64,000 nucleotides of DNA from an uncultured Acidobacteriota bacterium (lineage in GTDB: Bacteria > Acidobacteriota > Vicinamibacteria > Vicinamibacterales > UBA2999). A model generated the notes under the pieces. That model saw nothing but the letters and a program-made list of their open reading frames with translations, made no database searches and was not told the DNA's origin. The stretch lies in NCBI GenBank assembly GCA_963734635.1, contig CAVTIA010000013.1:108488-172487 (forward strand), in the 5' to 3' direction. Positions 30,643 to 41,621 of this stretch are shown piece after piece (the stretch's first letter is position 1; each line of letters opens with the position of its first letter). The position numbers were made by a program, and so were the translations under genes.

Positions 30643-31980
30643 GTGAGCAGTCGCCTGCCGCTCGCTGCCGAGGACGCTCGCACGGACGTCGGCAGCTACT
30701 TTGTCGCCACATATCCGCCCTTCTCCGTATGGACCGCTGCGGCCGTGGAGGACGACGCCCGGCCGGCGTTGCAGTCGAAGCCGGCGCCCGGAGTCCCGCT
30801 CGGGATGTATCTCCACATCCCCTTCTGTCGGAAACGGTGCCACTTCTGCTACTTCCGCGTGTACACCGACAAGAACGCGCAGGAGGTAGCGGCGTATCTC
30901 GATGTGCTCGCGCGGGAATGGGAGCGTTACGGGGAACTGCCCGCCATCGCCGGGCGTCCGCTGAGTTTCGTGTACTTCGGCGGCGGAACGCCGTCGTTTC
31001 TTTCGACCCAGCAGCTCGAAGGCCTGGTAGCCCGGCTGAGCGCTGTCGCGCCCTGGCGCGACGCCGAGGAGGTCACGTTCGAGTGCGAACCCGGCACGTT
31101 GACGAAGGCCAAGCTGGAGACCATCCGGCAGATCGGCGTGACGAGGCTGAGCCTCGGCATCGAAAACTTCGACGACCGAATCCTCGAGCTCAACGGCCGC
31201 GCGCACCGATCGCGCGAGGTGTTCCGCGCATACGAGCAGGCGCGCTCGCTCGATTTCCCGCAGATCAACGTCGATCTGATTGCGGGCATGCTGGGTGAGA
31301 ACGAGGACAACTGGCGTCTTTGCGTGCAGCGCGCGATAGAGCTCGATCCCGACAGCGTCACGATCTACCAGATGGAGCTGCCGTTCAATACGGCGATCAG
31401 CGGCGACTTGCTGAAGGGGACCGGCAGGTTCGCCGATCCCGTCGCGGGCTGGGCAACGAAGCGACGATGGGTCGAAGAGGCGTTCGAGGCGCTGGAGGCG
31501 GCGGGCTATCACGTTGGGAGCGCCTACACGGCAGTGAAGGATCCGTCCCGCACCCGCTTCGTCTACCGTGACCAGCTGTGGCAGGGCGCCGACATGGTTG
31601 GTCTCGGCGTCGCCTCGTTCGGCCATATCAGCGGCGTGCACGTGCAGAACGTCGACAGCTGGGAGAAGTACAGTGCGGCAGTCGGACGCGGAGATCTCCC
31701 GCTCGGCCGGGCGTATCGCCCGTCCGTAGAAGAGCGGATGATTCGCGAGCTCATTCTGCAGCTGAAGCTCGGCTCGATCAGGCCGCCCTATTTCAAGCGC
31801 AAGTACGAGGTGGACGTTCTCGAACGGTTCCAGCGCCAGTTCGATTCGCTGTCGGCCGATGGCTGCCTTGCGGACGCCACACCCGATATCGTGTCGCTCA
31901 CACGCGACGGGCTGCTGCGTGTGGACGCGCTGCTCAGCCGCTTCTTCCTCCCGCAGCATGCGGGGATTCGGTATACCTGA
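30643..31980 (+). CDS. HemN-like (class C) radical SAM enzyme
   Basis: YLHIPFCRKRCHFCY, YFGGGTPS, TFECEP, RLSLG, NVDLIAG; GTG start 9 nt after TATAGT (ATG 30625 alternative). Confidence 0.9.
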   Translation: MSSRLPLAAEDARTDVGSYFVATYPPFSVWTAAAVEDDARPALQSKPAPGVPLGMYLHIPFCRKRCHFCYFRVYTDKNAQEVAAYLDVLAREWERYGELPAIAGRPLSFVYFGGGTPSFLSTQQLEGLVARLSAVAPWRDAEEVTFECEPGTLTKAKLETIRQIGVTRLSLGIENFDDRILELNGRAHRSREVFRAYEQARSLDFPQINVDLIAGMLGENEDNWRLCVQRAIELDPDSVTIYQMELPFNTAISGDLLKGTGRFADPVAGWATKRRWVEEAFEALEAAGYHVGSAYTAVKDPSRTRFVYRDQLWQGADMVGLGVASFGHISGVHVQNVDSWEKYSAAVGRGDLPLGRAYRPSVEERMIRELILQLKLGSIRPPYFKRKYEVDVLERFQRQFDSLSADGCLADATPDIVSLTRDGLLRVDALLSRFFLPQHAGIRYT

Positions 31981-32009
31981 GAGCAAGACTTACTTGAGCA
32001 TGAGACATA

Positions 32010-32153
32010 GTCTTCACACTTCTGGGTGCTCTGTTCTCAGTGCGTGTTCATGTTCGGTTCCGGTTCCCGGTTCAAGGTCGAGGTTCGAGGTTCGAGACGA
32101 GGCGCCGAACCTGAACACGAACCAAGAAGCGAGAAGCGAGAAGCGTGAACGAC
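32010..32153. repeat. GAAC-periodic inverted-repeat element, empty form
   Basis: Arms 32010-32060 and 32105-32153 are imperfect reverse complements and match 54421-54474 and 56184-56237. Confidence 0.85.
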
Positions 32154-32181
32154 ACCGACACAAGCGGAGCGCTGGGAACAG

Positions 32182-33497
32182 GTGATGGAGATACCTAATC
32201 CTGATGTAGTCGTCATCGGCGGCGGTCCGGCCGGATCCACTGTCTCGACGCTGCTCGCGCAGCAAGGCGTGCGCGTTCAGCTTTTCGAGCGGGAGCACTT
32301 TCCGCGGTTTCACATCGGCGAGTCGTTGATTCCCGAGACCTACTGGGTACTCCAGCGTCTGAACATGCTGCCCAAGATGCAGGCCAGCCGGTTCGTCAAG
32401 AAATACAGCGTGCAGTTTGCGAGCGCCGACGGAAGACTGTCCGCGCCCTTCTACTTCTGGGACAACAAGCCCCACGAGTGCTCGCAGACATGGCAAGTCG
32501 TGCGCAGCGAGTTCGACCAGATGATGCTCAACAACGCGCGCGAGCATGGCGTCGACGTGCACGAAGGCGTGCGCGTCGTCGAGGTGCTGTTCGAGGACGG
32601 CCGCGCCGTGGGTGTGAAGATTCGGCCGCAGAACGGCCTGGACCGCGAAGTGCGCGCCAAGGTCGTCGTCGACGCGAGCGGACAGAATGGCCTGATTCAG
32701 AACAAGCTGCGCCTGCGCGTCTGGGATCCCGTGCTGAACAAGGGCGCCATCTGGACGTACTGGGAAGGCGCATACCGCGACACCGGCCGTGACGAAGGTG
32801 CCACGATGGTGCTGCAGACGGCCGATCGGCAGGGATGGTTCTGGTACATCCCGCTGCACGACGACATCATCAGTATTGGTGTTGTTGCCCCGTTCGACGC
32901 ACTCTTCAAGGGCCGCGGTCCCTACGCGCAGACCTACGAGGAGGAGGTCGAGCGCTGCCCGGTGGTGAAGCAGCGCGTAAACAGCGCCAAGCGCGTCACC
33001 GGATATTTTGCGACGAAGGATTACTCCTATCGCGCGCGGCAGGTGTCTGGCGACGGATGGGTGCTCGTCGGCGACGCGTTTGCGTTTCTCGATCCGCTGT
33101 ACTCATCGGGCGTGCTGCTGGCGCTGAGGTCCGGTGAAATGGCGGCCGACGCCATCGTCGAAGGGTTCGCCAAGGATGACACCTCCGCGGCGCAACTCGG
33201 CAAGTGGGGGCCGGTGTTCAACGAGGGCGTCGATCGGATGCGGCGGCTCGTCTGCGAGTACTACGACGGCTTCAGCTTCGGGCGGTTCGTGCGCACGTAC
33301 CCGCATCTGCAGGGGACGGTCACCGATCTCCTGATTGGTGATCTGTTCGAAGACAAGGTGGATAAGGTCTGGCAGCCCATGGAGTCGCTCTACCCACCTG
33401 GCAAGGCGCCGATTCCTCCCTGGAGCGCGGGTACGCCGTCGAACAGGCGACACACAAGGCCAACGAGCTCGTTCTGCCTGACGGGCGCCGACCATAG
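32182..33497 (+). CDS. Flavin-dependent halogenase-like oxidoreductase (CmlS/PltA-like)
   Basis: GGGPAG, HIGESL, FVKK, WFWYIP, FLDPLYSSGV; probable indel near 33436 giving ...KANELVLPDGRRP* (unshifted ORF ends 33570). Confidence 0.88.
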
Positions 33498-33547
33498 CCG
33501 TTCGGGTTGTTCGGGCGTTCGCAGTCGTCGGCCGTTCGTGCCGTTGG

Positions 33548-34048
33548 CTATCTGTAGACGACCGCGATGAGTGCGCCAATGACCCCAATGAAGCCTGTGA
33601 CCATCATTCCCATGAGCCACATGAAGTGTCGATCGACCTTGGCGTCGAGCGAGGCGATCATCCCGCCCATCTCGGTGAATCGTGCGTCGACGGTCGTGAA
33701 TCGCCCGTCGATGCCCGTGAACCGCCCGCTCACCTCAGTGAACCGCCCGTTCATATTTTCTTGTAGTTCGGTGAATCGGGCGTCGATGTTCACAAACCGC
33801 GCGTCAATGCTCGCGAACCGCGCATCAATGCTCGTGAATCGGGTGTCGATGCTCGTAAAACGGCGGTCCATGCTCGTGAACCGCGTATCCATGCTCGTGA
33901 ATCGGGTGTCGATGCTCGTAAAACGGCGGTCCATGCTCGTGAACCGCGCGTTCATGTCTCCGCGCAATTCCACGATCAAGTTCCGCAAATCGGCTATCGT
34001 GTCCACTTTCGCCTCGAGAGAAGCGAGCCGTTCTTCAGCCGTGGGCAT
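33548..34048 (-). CDS. Heptad-repeat coiled-coil protein with C-terminal membrane anchor
   Basis: 13 RF-containing heptads, then hydrophobic WLMGMMVTGFIGVIGALIAVV; GAGGTG RBS. Confidence 0.85.
   Translation of the reverse strand: MPTAEERLASLEAKVDTIADLRNLIVELRGDMNARFTSMDRRFTSIDTRFTSMDTRFTSMDRRFTSIDTRFTSIDARFASIDARFVNIDARFTELQENMNGRFTEVSGRFTGIDGRFTTVDARFTEMGGMIASLDAKVDRHFMWLMGMMVTGFIGVIGALIAVVYR
33669..33955. repeat. In-frame 21-bp tandem repeat with an exact 58-bp duplication at 63-bp period
   Basis: ATGCTCGTGAATCGGGTGTCGATGCTCGTAAAACGGCGGTCCATGCTCGTGAACCGCG at 33828 and 33891. Confidence 0.92.
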
Positions 34049-34148
34049 GTCGTACACCTCATTGCCCGCGCTCGCGCCCGATTCTACATCGTCGTCGCGA
34101 CGGACCCGGCAGGAGGAGCATGGTGCGTGCCGACGTCAATTCCACGGC

Positions 34149-34173
34149 GTAGAGCGCACGCTTCAGCGTGCGC
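34149..34173 (+). repeat. GTAG REP
   Basis: GTAGAGCGCACGCTTCAGCGTGCGC; exact reverse complement at 60241-60265. Confidence 0.85.
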
Positions 34174-34241
34174 GGTCGTGGTACGCAAGAACGGCAATGC
34201 ATGGCGCCGGGGACCGTGGCAATTCCCGCCGGTGATGCGCC

Positions 34242-34247
34242 TATAAT
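34242..34247 (+). promoter_or_regulatory. Putative sigma70 -10 element for the kinase gene
   Basis: TATAAT in GC-rich DNA 23 nt before ATG 34271. Confidence 0.45.
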
Positions 34248-34270
34248 CCGTGTGCTCGAACTGCACATCG

Positions 34271-35287
<1,017 letters not shown>

Positions 35288-36633
35288 AGCGAAGTCTCGC
35301 TACTCTTGATCAGCGAGACCAGTGGCGACGTCGCGAGCGTTGTCGCGAGTGCCATCATCACCATCATCGAAAACAGTACCGGCGAGAGGATTCCGAGATC
35401 GAGCCCGATGTTGAGCACCACGAGCTCGACGAGGCCCCGGGTATTCAGCAACACGCCAATCAACGCCGCGTCGCGCCACGGGCTTCCCATCACGCGTGCC
35501 GCCACGGCGGAGCCGACGCCTTTTCCGATCACCGCCACTCCGAGAATCAGCACTGCCTGAGCCCAGAGCTCCGGACCGCTGATGAGCTGCACGCTGGTGC
35601 GCAGACCGCTGAAGGCAAAGAAGAGAGGCAGCAGCAGTGCCGTCGCGATTGGCTCGATGCTGCCACCGAACACCCGCTCGGCCTGCGCGGCACGCGGCAT
35701 GGTGACGCCGGCGAAAAACGCGCCGAAGAGCGCGTGCAGGCCGAGCACCTCCGTCGTGTAGGCCGATGACAGCATGACGATGAGAACGACGCCGAAGTCA
35801 GCCGGCGCGGCCCCGAACGCTTCGCCGCGCCGGTCTGCAAGACGCGCGAGCAGCGGCCGCACGACGGTGATCATCACGGCGCCGTAAACGGCGAGTCCTG
35901 CGAGGGGTATTCCAGCTTCGGCGAAACTGCCGGATCGGGCAGCAGCCGTGATTGCGGCGAGCATCAGCCACCCTGCCGCATCGCCGAACGCGGCGCACGC
36001 AACGGCAAGGGTGCCGATGCCGGTTCTGAGCAGGCGCTGATCGTCCAGGATTCGCACGAGCACGGGGAACGCCGTGATGCTCATCGCCGTCCCCATGAAG
36101 AGTGCCAGCGGGAGATGACCCACATCGGACGGTGCGTAGCGGTACCACGTAAGAGCAGCCACACCGCTGCCCAGCGTGAAGGGCACGACGATGCTCACGA
36201 GACTGATGACGAGCGCCACGTGCCCGATCGTGCGCAGGTGCGCAACATCGAGCCGCCAGCCAACCAGGAACATGAAGAGCACCAGCCCGATCTGGCTGAT
36301 CATGCTCAAGGTCGGCAGCGATGAGTCGGGGAACAGCAAACCCGAGAGCTCTGGCGCCATCCACCCGAAGCACGACGGGCCCAGCAGGAGGCCGACGGTC
36401 ATCTCAGCGATGACGGGTGGTTGTCGCAGCTTCGCGAAAACTGGGGTCGCCAGTCGACAGAGCGCGAGGATGACGGCGATCTGCAGCAGCAGCAGCGATG
36501 GGTTCGACACGAACAGCGGGCCGAGTGTATCGCGGACGGTCTCCTGACGGCCACGCTGGATGGACAGGCAATCTGTCGGGAGTCAAAGGTGTAAGATTGG
36601 CGACCTGATCTGCTCGACGTAAAGGAGCCTGCC

Positions 36634-37467
36634 ATGCGAAGACTGATTGCCGTTCTCTGGACCATCTCGATGCTGCTGCCGGCGGTGGCCCGGGCACAGG
36701 CGTTTCCGCCCAACGAGACGGGCGTCACGATGGGCCACTGGCATCTCAACACGCGCGATATCGAGGCCAACAAGAAGATCTTCGTCACGATGGGTGGAAC
36801 GGCGATGAAGGCGGGGAACTTCGACGTCGTGAGATTTCCCGGTGTGATCGTCTACCTCCACCAGAACCTCCAGAACAAGGTGCCTCCACCAACCGGCGGA
36901 ACCGTCGGCTCGGTCGTGAACCACGTCGGCTTCATCGTCCAGAACCTGCAGCAGGCCACGACAAAGTGGAAGGCTTCCGGGCTGGCGGTGCTGCCGGGCA
37001 ACAATGGCCGAACCGATCAGGCGTTTGTGGTGACGCCGGATGAGCTCCGCGTCGAAATTCTCGAGGACAAGGCGCAGCGATTCCCGATTCAGCATCACCA
37101 CGTGCACTTCTTCGTGCCCGAATCGGCGGTGCCCGAGATCCAGGCGTGGTACGCCAAGTTCTTCGGCGCCAAGGCTGGTACGCGCGGGCAGTTCCAGGCG
37201 GCAGACCTGCCGGGCGTGAATCTGACGTTTTCCGGCAGCCCGGACAAGACTGTTACCACGAAGGGCCGGGTGCTGGATCACATCGGCTTCGACATCCGGA
37301 ATCTCGAGGCCTTCACCAAGAAGCTCGAAGCCGCCGGCATCAAGCTGGATCGACCCTATACGAAGAACCCGCAGACGGGCGGCGCACTGGCGTTCATCTA
37401 CGATCCGTGGGGCACTTACATCGAGCTGAACGAACGACCGAACGCGGAGTACATCGGCACTCGGTAA
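36634..37467 (+). CDS. Secreted VOC/glyoxalase family protein
   Basis: GHWHL, NHVGF, HHVH, DHIGF, DPWGTYIEL. Confidence 0.88.
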   Translation: MRRLIAVLWTISMLLPAVARAQAFPPNETGVTMGHWHLNTRDIEANKKIFVTMGGTAMKAGNFDVVRFPGVIVYLHQNLQNKVPPPTGGTVGSVVNHVGFIVQNLQQATTKWKASGLAVLPGNNGRTDQAFVVTPDELRVEILEDKAQRFPIQHHHVHFFVPESAVPEIQAWYAKFFGAKAGTRGQFQAADLPGVNLTFSGSPDKTVTTKGRVLDHIGFDIRNLEAFTKKLEAAGIKLDRPYTKNPQTGGALAFIYDPWGTYIELNERPNAEYIGTR

Positions 37468-37500
37468 GTGAGCATCAAGAAGTGTGCGCCGGGATCGGGA

Positions 37501-38340
37501 TTAACGTCCCGGTTCCGGCGCGGCGCCTTTCGACACGCGCGTGGCCGCAAACTCGATCGGGATGGTGGAACTACCGCCTTCGCTTTGCATGTAGAAGGTG
37601 AGCACGTCGCCTGAAATCCTGCCGCGATAGCGGTGCTCGACGTCCCTCGGGTTACTCCCATCCCCAGACACCTCCTGCGTATTCGTGGTGAACGCGAAGG
37701 TGTTCCCCTTCAGCGTGCCATCGCGGATACCGCGCCTTACACCCAGAAAGGATGCGGTCCCAAGGACCTCGTTGCCATCGACACGGAAGGTGAATCGCTC
37801 CGTGTACTTGTCCCCCCAACTGTAAGTGACTTGTGCGCTCCACTCACCCTCGAGCCGCGCGTTCGGTGGAGGCGTCATTGCCAGCGGGGTGGTCAGCGTT
37901 TTGATTGCTTCAACCAGCTGGCCGACGTCGTAGGACCAGCGCCGATCGCTCAGTTCGTGCGCATTACGCTCGCCCAGCGCCTTCAGCGCATCCGGCAAGG
38001 CATCAACAGCCGGCATCGCGGCCCCTTCGACGAGCACCGGCACCACGGGCGTACCACGCTCGAGCGCCGCGTGAATCTCCACGCGTACGAAGTCCCTTGG
38101 GTCGTCGAGTCGCCGTCCCGTCGGACCGGCACACGTCAGCCACTCCTTGCCGATCACAGCAATCAGCACCTCGCAGGAACCAACGGCCGCCTTGATGACA
38201 TCTGCGAAGTTCTGGCCCGATTCGATGGCAGTCAGGTCCATGAACAAACTCTCCTCGCCGAAGTGCGCTTTCAATGAATCGTAGAGGCGGCCAGCATGAC
38301 CTGCCGAATCCTCGCGCCGGTAGCTGATGAAGATGTTCAT
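37501..38340 (-). CDS. TIR_2 domain protein with C-terminal beta-barrel-like domain
   Basis: IFISYRREDS, FMD, DFVRVEI..AL, VVPVLV. Confidence 0.9.
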   Translation of the reverse strand: MNIFISYRREDSAGHAGRLYDSLKAHFGEESLFMDLTAIESGQNFADVIKAAVGSCEVLIAVIGKEWLTCAGPTGRRLDDPRDFVRVEIHAALERGTPVVPVLVEGAAMPAVDALPDALKALGERNAHELSDRRWSYDVGQLVEAIKTLTTPLAMTPPPNARLEGEWSAQVTYSWGDKYTERFTFRVDGNEVLGTASFLGVRRGIRDGTLKGNTFAFTTNTQEVSGDGSNPRDVEHRYRGRISGDVLTFYMQSEGGSSTIPIEFAATRVSKGAAPEPGR

Positions 38341-38513
38341 CGGTTCGCCGATCCGCTGACGAGGATCATGCATCGGCGCCGAGCGACAGGCCACTGCGGC
38401 GCGAGCGCAAACCATATTCCCTGTGCATTCCTGTGATTTCCTGTGCGGCGCTCGCGGGCGGACGCTCGCTTGCGCGGCTCCCGCCACACGCAAATCGGCC
38501 GAAACAAAGAGAG

Positions 38514-40997
38514 ATGGCCTGGTTAGCGTGCGGCATCGCCTACTCGATCGCATATGTCGCGATTGGATGGCTGCTGCGCGGCGACACCGACACACTTCTC
38601 TGGTTCAGGATCTGTGCGCTGCTGATCCCGCCGCTCACGGGCGTGGCCGTGATCGCGCGCCGTCGCCACGTGTGGACGGGTTCTCATTGGCTCTTCTGGG
38701 CGACGATCGCGCTCGGCCTGACGATGTCGGCGATCGGTCTCGTTGGATGGACGTTGGACGAGGTCATCGTCGGCCGCGAAACATCGTGGCTCGGGTGGTA
38801 TACGGTCTTCGCGCTGTTCGGCGCCGTGGCTCCTTTGCTCGGCTTGCTGGCCCAGCCGCACCGTGGCAGCCGCGAGGCCGTGACGGCGACAACGGCGGTC
38901 GATATCGCCGGCATCGCCGTGATGGCCGGGTTCCTTTATTCGCGATTCGTCATCGGCCCCGATTCAGCGCCGATGAGTGCGCAGCAGACGTCCCTGCCCC
39001 TGTTCCTGCTGTCCGAGTTCCAGCAGTTCGTCGTGGTGGTGGGCATGGCCGGCGCCGCCTTTGTTGCGCGAGACCTGCTGTGGGGACCAACGTACCGCCG
39101 CCTTGGCATGGGGCTGTTCGTCCACGCCGTGATCTTCAGCTTCTCCAATCTGGCGATCTGGCAGGGGCTGTACCGATCGGGGTTCGTCTACGACGTCATC
39201 TGGATCATGCCGTATGCGTTCTATCCGTGGGCTGCGTCGCAGGCGCCAACGTCGGCGGAAGCCGGATTGGAGACCGACCAGCACCCTTTGACACCATCGC
39301 GGCCGTGGGTTGTCTTCTCAGCGCTCTGTCTCATTCCGCTCTTCGACTATGGGATGCGGAAGTTGGTTCCGGTTGGTCCGCTGGAGGACTTCAGTGACCT
39401 CTCCACCGCAATCACAATCTTTTCGGTGCTTCCCCTGTTGATGGCCCGACTGGCCGTTGAACACGGCGAAGCGCGGCAGGCCGACGGGAAACGCCGGCTG
39501 CTGGCAGCCGCAACCGAGCAGGCGGACGAGCTCATCTCGATCATGCGGCCCGATGGCGGCATGGAGCACGCCAACCACACCTTCTGCCGCATGATTGGGT
39601 ACACGCCCAACGAGATCGTCCAGATGAACGCTGAGGAGTTTCTGGCCGAGGATTCCCGGTCGCAGCTTTCCACGATCGCAGCGGCGGCGCAGAACGATGG
39701 TATCTGGCGGGGCACACTCGTGCGTACCCGACAAGACGATTCGACCTTTCTGACGTCATGTACCCTGACGGCGCTAGCCGACGACGCGGGGCGTGTGACG
39801 CAGCTTGTCGCGGTCGAGCGCGACGTCACGCGTGAGACAGAGCTGCGCGATCAGCTGATACACGCCGAGCGGCTCGCGGCGGCGGGGCAGCTCGTCTCGG
39901 GCGTCGCGCACGAGCTCAACAATCCGCTCCAGTCGGTGGTCGGGTTCGCCGAGCTGCTTCTCGACAACGAACGGCGCGACGACGCGCGGGAAGATCTCGA
40001 ACACATCCTCTCGGAGGCCAATCGCGCGGCCAAGATCGTCCAGAACCTGCTCACGTTCGTACGGCGATCGAACGCAGAGCGTGCGGTCGCGAGCCTGAAC
40101 GACATCGTACAGAGTGCGATCGAGCTGCGCTCGTACGAATTTGCCGTCGCAAACATCGAGATCGACGCTGACTACGCGCAGGATCTTCCGCCGGTGCGCG
40201 TCAACCGCGAGGAGATCCAGCAGGTCCTGCTGAATCTTCTGTTGAATGCCGAGCACGCGATGAAGAACAGCAACGTGCCGGGCAAGCTGCGCGTGCGCAC
40301 CGCGGTTGGAGACCCGGGTGTGGTCGTGGATGTTCACGACAACGGCCCCGGCGTGCCCTCGACAGTGGCGAGACGGATTTTCGAGCCCTTCTTCTCCACC
40401 AAGGAAGTGGGGCATGGGACCGGACTTGGACTGTCGATCGCGCTCGGCATCGTCGAGGCGCACCGAGGGACGCTGGTCCTCGCCGAAGCCGGTCAGGGCG
40501 CATGTTTTCGGTTGACGCTCCCGGCGGCCGACGTCACACGGTCGGCTGGCACCCAAGAATCGCGGTCGACCGCAGCGCGGGTCGCACTCGCGGGGCAGCG
40601 CGCCCTCGTCGCCGATGACGAGCAGCCCGTCCGGCTATTGTTGCGACGGCTGTTGACCCGGCGCGGATTCGCAGTGGACTTGGCGGTCGACGGGCAGATG
40701 GCTGCGCAACTCCTCGAACAGAGCCACTACGACCTGGTGATGTGCGACGTGAAGATGCCAAACGGCGGCGGTCTCGCCCTCTACGACAGCATCGGCCAGC
40801 GACACCGGGACGTGCTGGACAGGTTCGTGTTCATCAGCGGCGACATTCTGAACCCGCAACTGCACTTCCTGAGCGACTCTTCGCAGGTGCCGCTGCTCTC
40901 GAAGCCTTTCGACGCGGCAAAGCTCGACAACGTCCTCGATCTGATCTCGTCCAGACGTTTTGCCAGCGGGGAAGTCGCCCCCGCGCACCCGCAGTAG
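38514..40997 (+). CDS. Hybrid sensor histidine kinase (multi-TM, PAS, HisKA, HATPase, REC)
   Basis: HELNNPL, NLLLNA, DNGPG, FEPFFSTK, GTGLGL; REC DDE...CDVKMP...KPF. Confidence 0.92.
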   Translation: MAWLACGIAYSIAYVAIGWLLRGDTDTLLWFRICALLIPPLTGVAVIARRRHVWTGSHWLFWATIALGLTMSAIGLVGWTLDEVIVGRETSWLGWYTVFALFGAVAPLLGLLAQPHRGSREAVTATTAVDIAGIAVMAGFLYSRFVIGPDSAPMSAQQTSLPLFLLSEFQQFVVVVGMAGAAFVARDLLWGPTYRRLGMGLFVHAVIFSFSNLAIWQGLYRSGFVYDVIWIMPYAFYPWAASQAPTSAEAGLETDQHPLTPSRPWVVFSALCLIPLFDYGMRKLVPVGPLEDFSDLSTAITIFSVLPLLMARLAVEHGEARQADGKRRLLAAATEQADELISIMRPDGGMEHANHTFCRMIGYTPNEIVQMNAEEFLAEDSRSQLSTIAAAAQNDGIWRGTLVRTRQDDSTFLTSCTLTALADDAGRVTQLVAVERDVTRETELRDQLIHAERLAAAGQLVSGVAHELNNPLQSVVGFAELLLDNERRDDAREDLEHILSEANRAAKIVQNLLTFVRRSNAERAVASLNDIVQSAIELRSYEFAVANIEIDADYAQDLPPVRVNREEIQQVLLNLLLNAEHAMKNSNVPGKLRVRTAVGDPGVVVDVHDNGPGVPSTVARRIFEPFFSTKEVGHGTGLGLSIALGIVEAHRGTLVLAEAGQGACFRLTLPAADVTRSAGTQESRSTAARVALAGQRALVADDEQPVRLLLRRLLTRRGFAVDLAVDGQMAAQLLEQSHYDLVMCDVKMPNGGGLALYDSIGQRHRDVLDRFVFISGDILNPQLHFLSDSSQVPLLSKPFDAAKLDNVLDLISSRRFASGEVAPAHPQ

Positions 40998-41045
40998 ACA
41001 GTTCGTAGCAGTAGACAGTTCGTAGTGTCCGGCTTCAGCCGGACC
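40991..41045 (+). repeat. 17-bp tandem duplication followed by a GTAG REP
   Basis: GCAGTAGACAGTTCGTA x2, then GTAGTGTCCGGCTTCAGCCGGACC (41022-41045). Confidence 0.85.
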
Positions 41046-41056
41046 AGGGTTTCAGC

Positions 41057-41542
41057 TCACATTCCTGGATCGTCCGCCGAGGGGCCATAGATGGACGGCA
41101 CCTTGGCGCCCATCGGTCGCAAATAGGTCGAGAGCTGCCCGCGGTGATGGATCGCGTCGAAGAGAATGCCGAACAGCATGTCGCCTAAGGACGTCTCCCA
41201 GACCACCTTGCCGTCAACAATGAAACGCGCCTTGCTATCCCACGCGGCATCGTCCAGCCTGGCGACACATGCTTCGAGGTCGGCCGCGTTGCTTTCATAG
41301 GCGGCGATCGATTCCGGTACGCCCAGCGCAGGACGAGCGGCGTAATGTACTTCACCGCGCTCGGCGAGCTCGCATGCATCACGCAGCTCGGCCGCGAGAA
41401 GCCACACGAGATCGGCGGCGCTCGTCGAGCGAGCGTGCGGGCGGTATGCAGCCTGATCAGCCGGGACCGCGCGCATCACCCGCAGGAACTTCGGCTTTTC
41501 CGCCTCGAAGCATTCTTTGAAATATTCGCGCACATTCTTCAT
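41057..41542 (-). CDS. DinB family protein
   Basis: YRPH..S, IHHRGQLSTYLRPMGAKVPSIYGPS. Confidence 0.9.
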   Translation of the reverse strand: MKNVREYFKECFEAEKPKFLRVMRAVPADQAAYRPHARSTSAADLVWLLAAELRDACELAERGEVHYAARPALGVPESIAAYESNAADLEACVARLDDAAWDSKARFIVDGKVVWETSLGDMLFGILFDAIHHRGQLSTYLRPMGAKVPSIYGPSADDPGM

Positions 41543-41621
41543 ACGAGCTCTCCCAGTCGATACAGGTCGATGATGTTGCGCAGGCCGCTTTTTAACGGAG
41601 GGAGGTCGCGATGGCGACCGT

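Noticed and set aside
30643..31980. Calling this hemN or hemW
   Set aside because: No heme-pathway context and a divergent N-terminus (GSYFVATYPPFS); the family is clear but the function is not
30622..31986. 454-aa antisense ORF spanning the radical SAM gene
   Set aside because: Codon-mirror artefact of GC bias; no recognisable domain
32010..32153. GAAC repeats as a mini CRISPR array
   Set aside because: No unique spacers; 6-7 nt periodicity and inverted arrangement
33567..34235. Plus-strand repeat ORF (SMLVNR)n
   Set aside because: Antisense of the heptad gene, which has the RBS, -10 element and TM anchor
37501..38340. Thoeris, CBASS or Pycsar system
   Set aside because: No ThsA, cyclase or other partner adjacent
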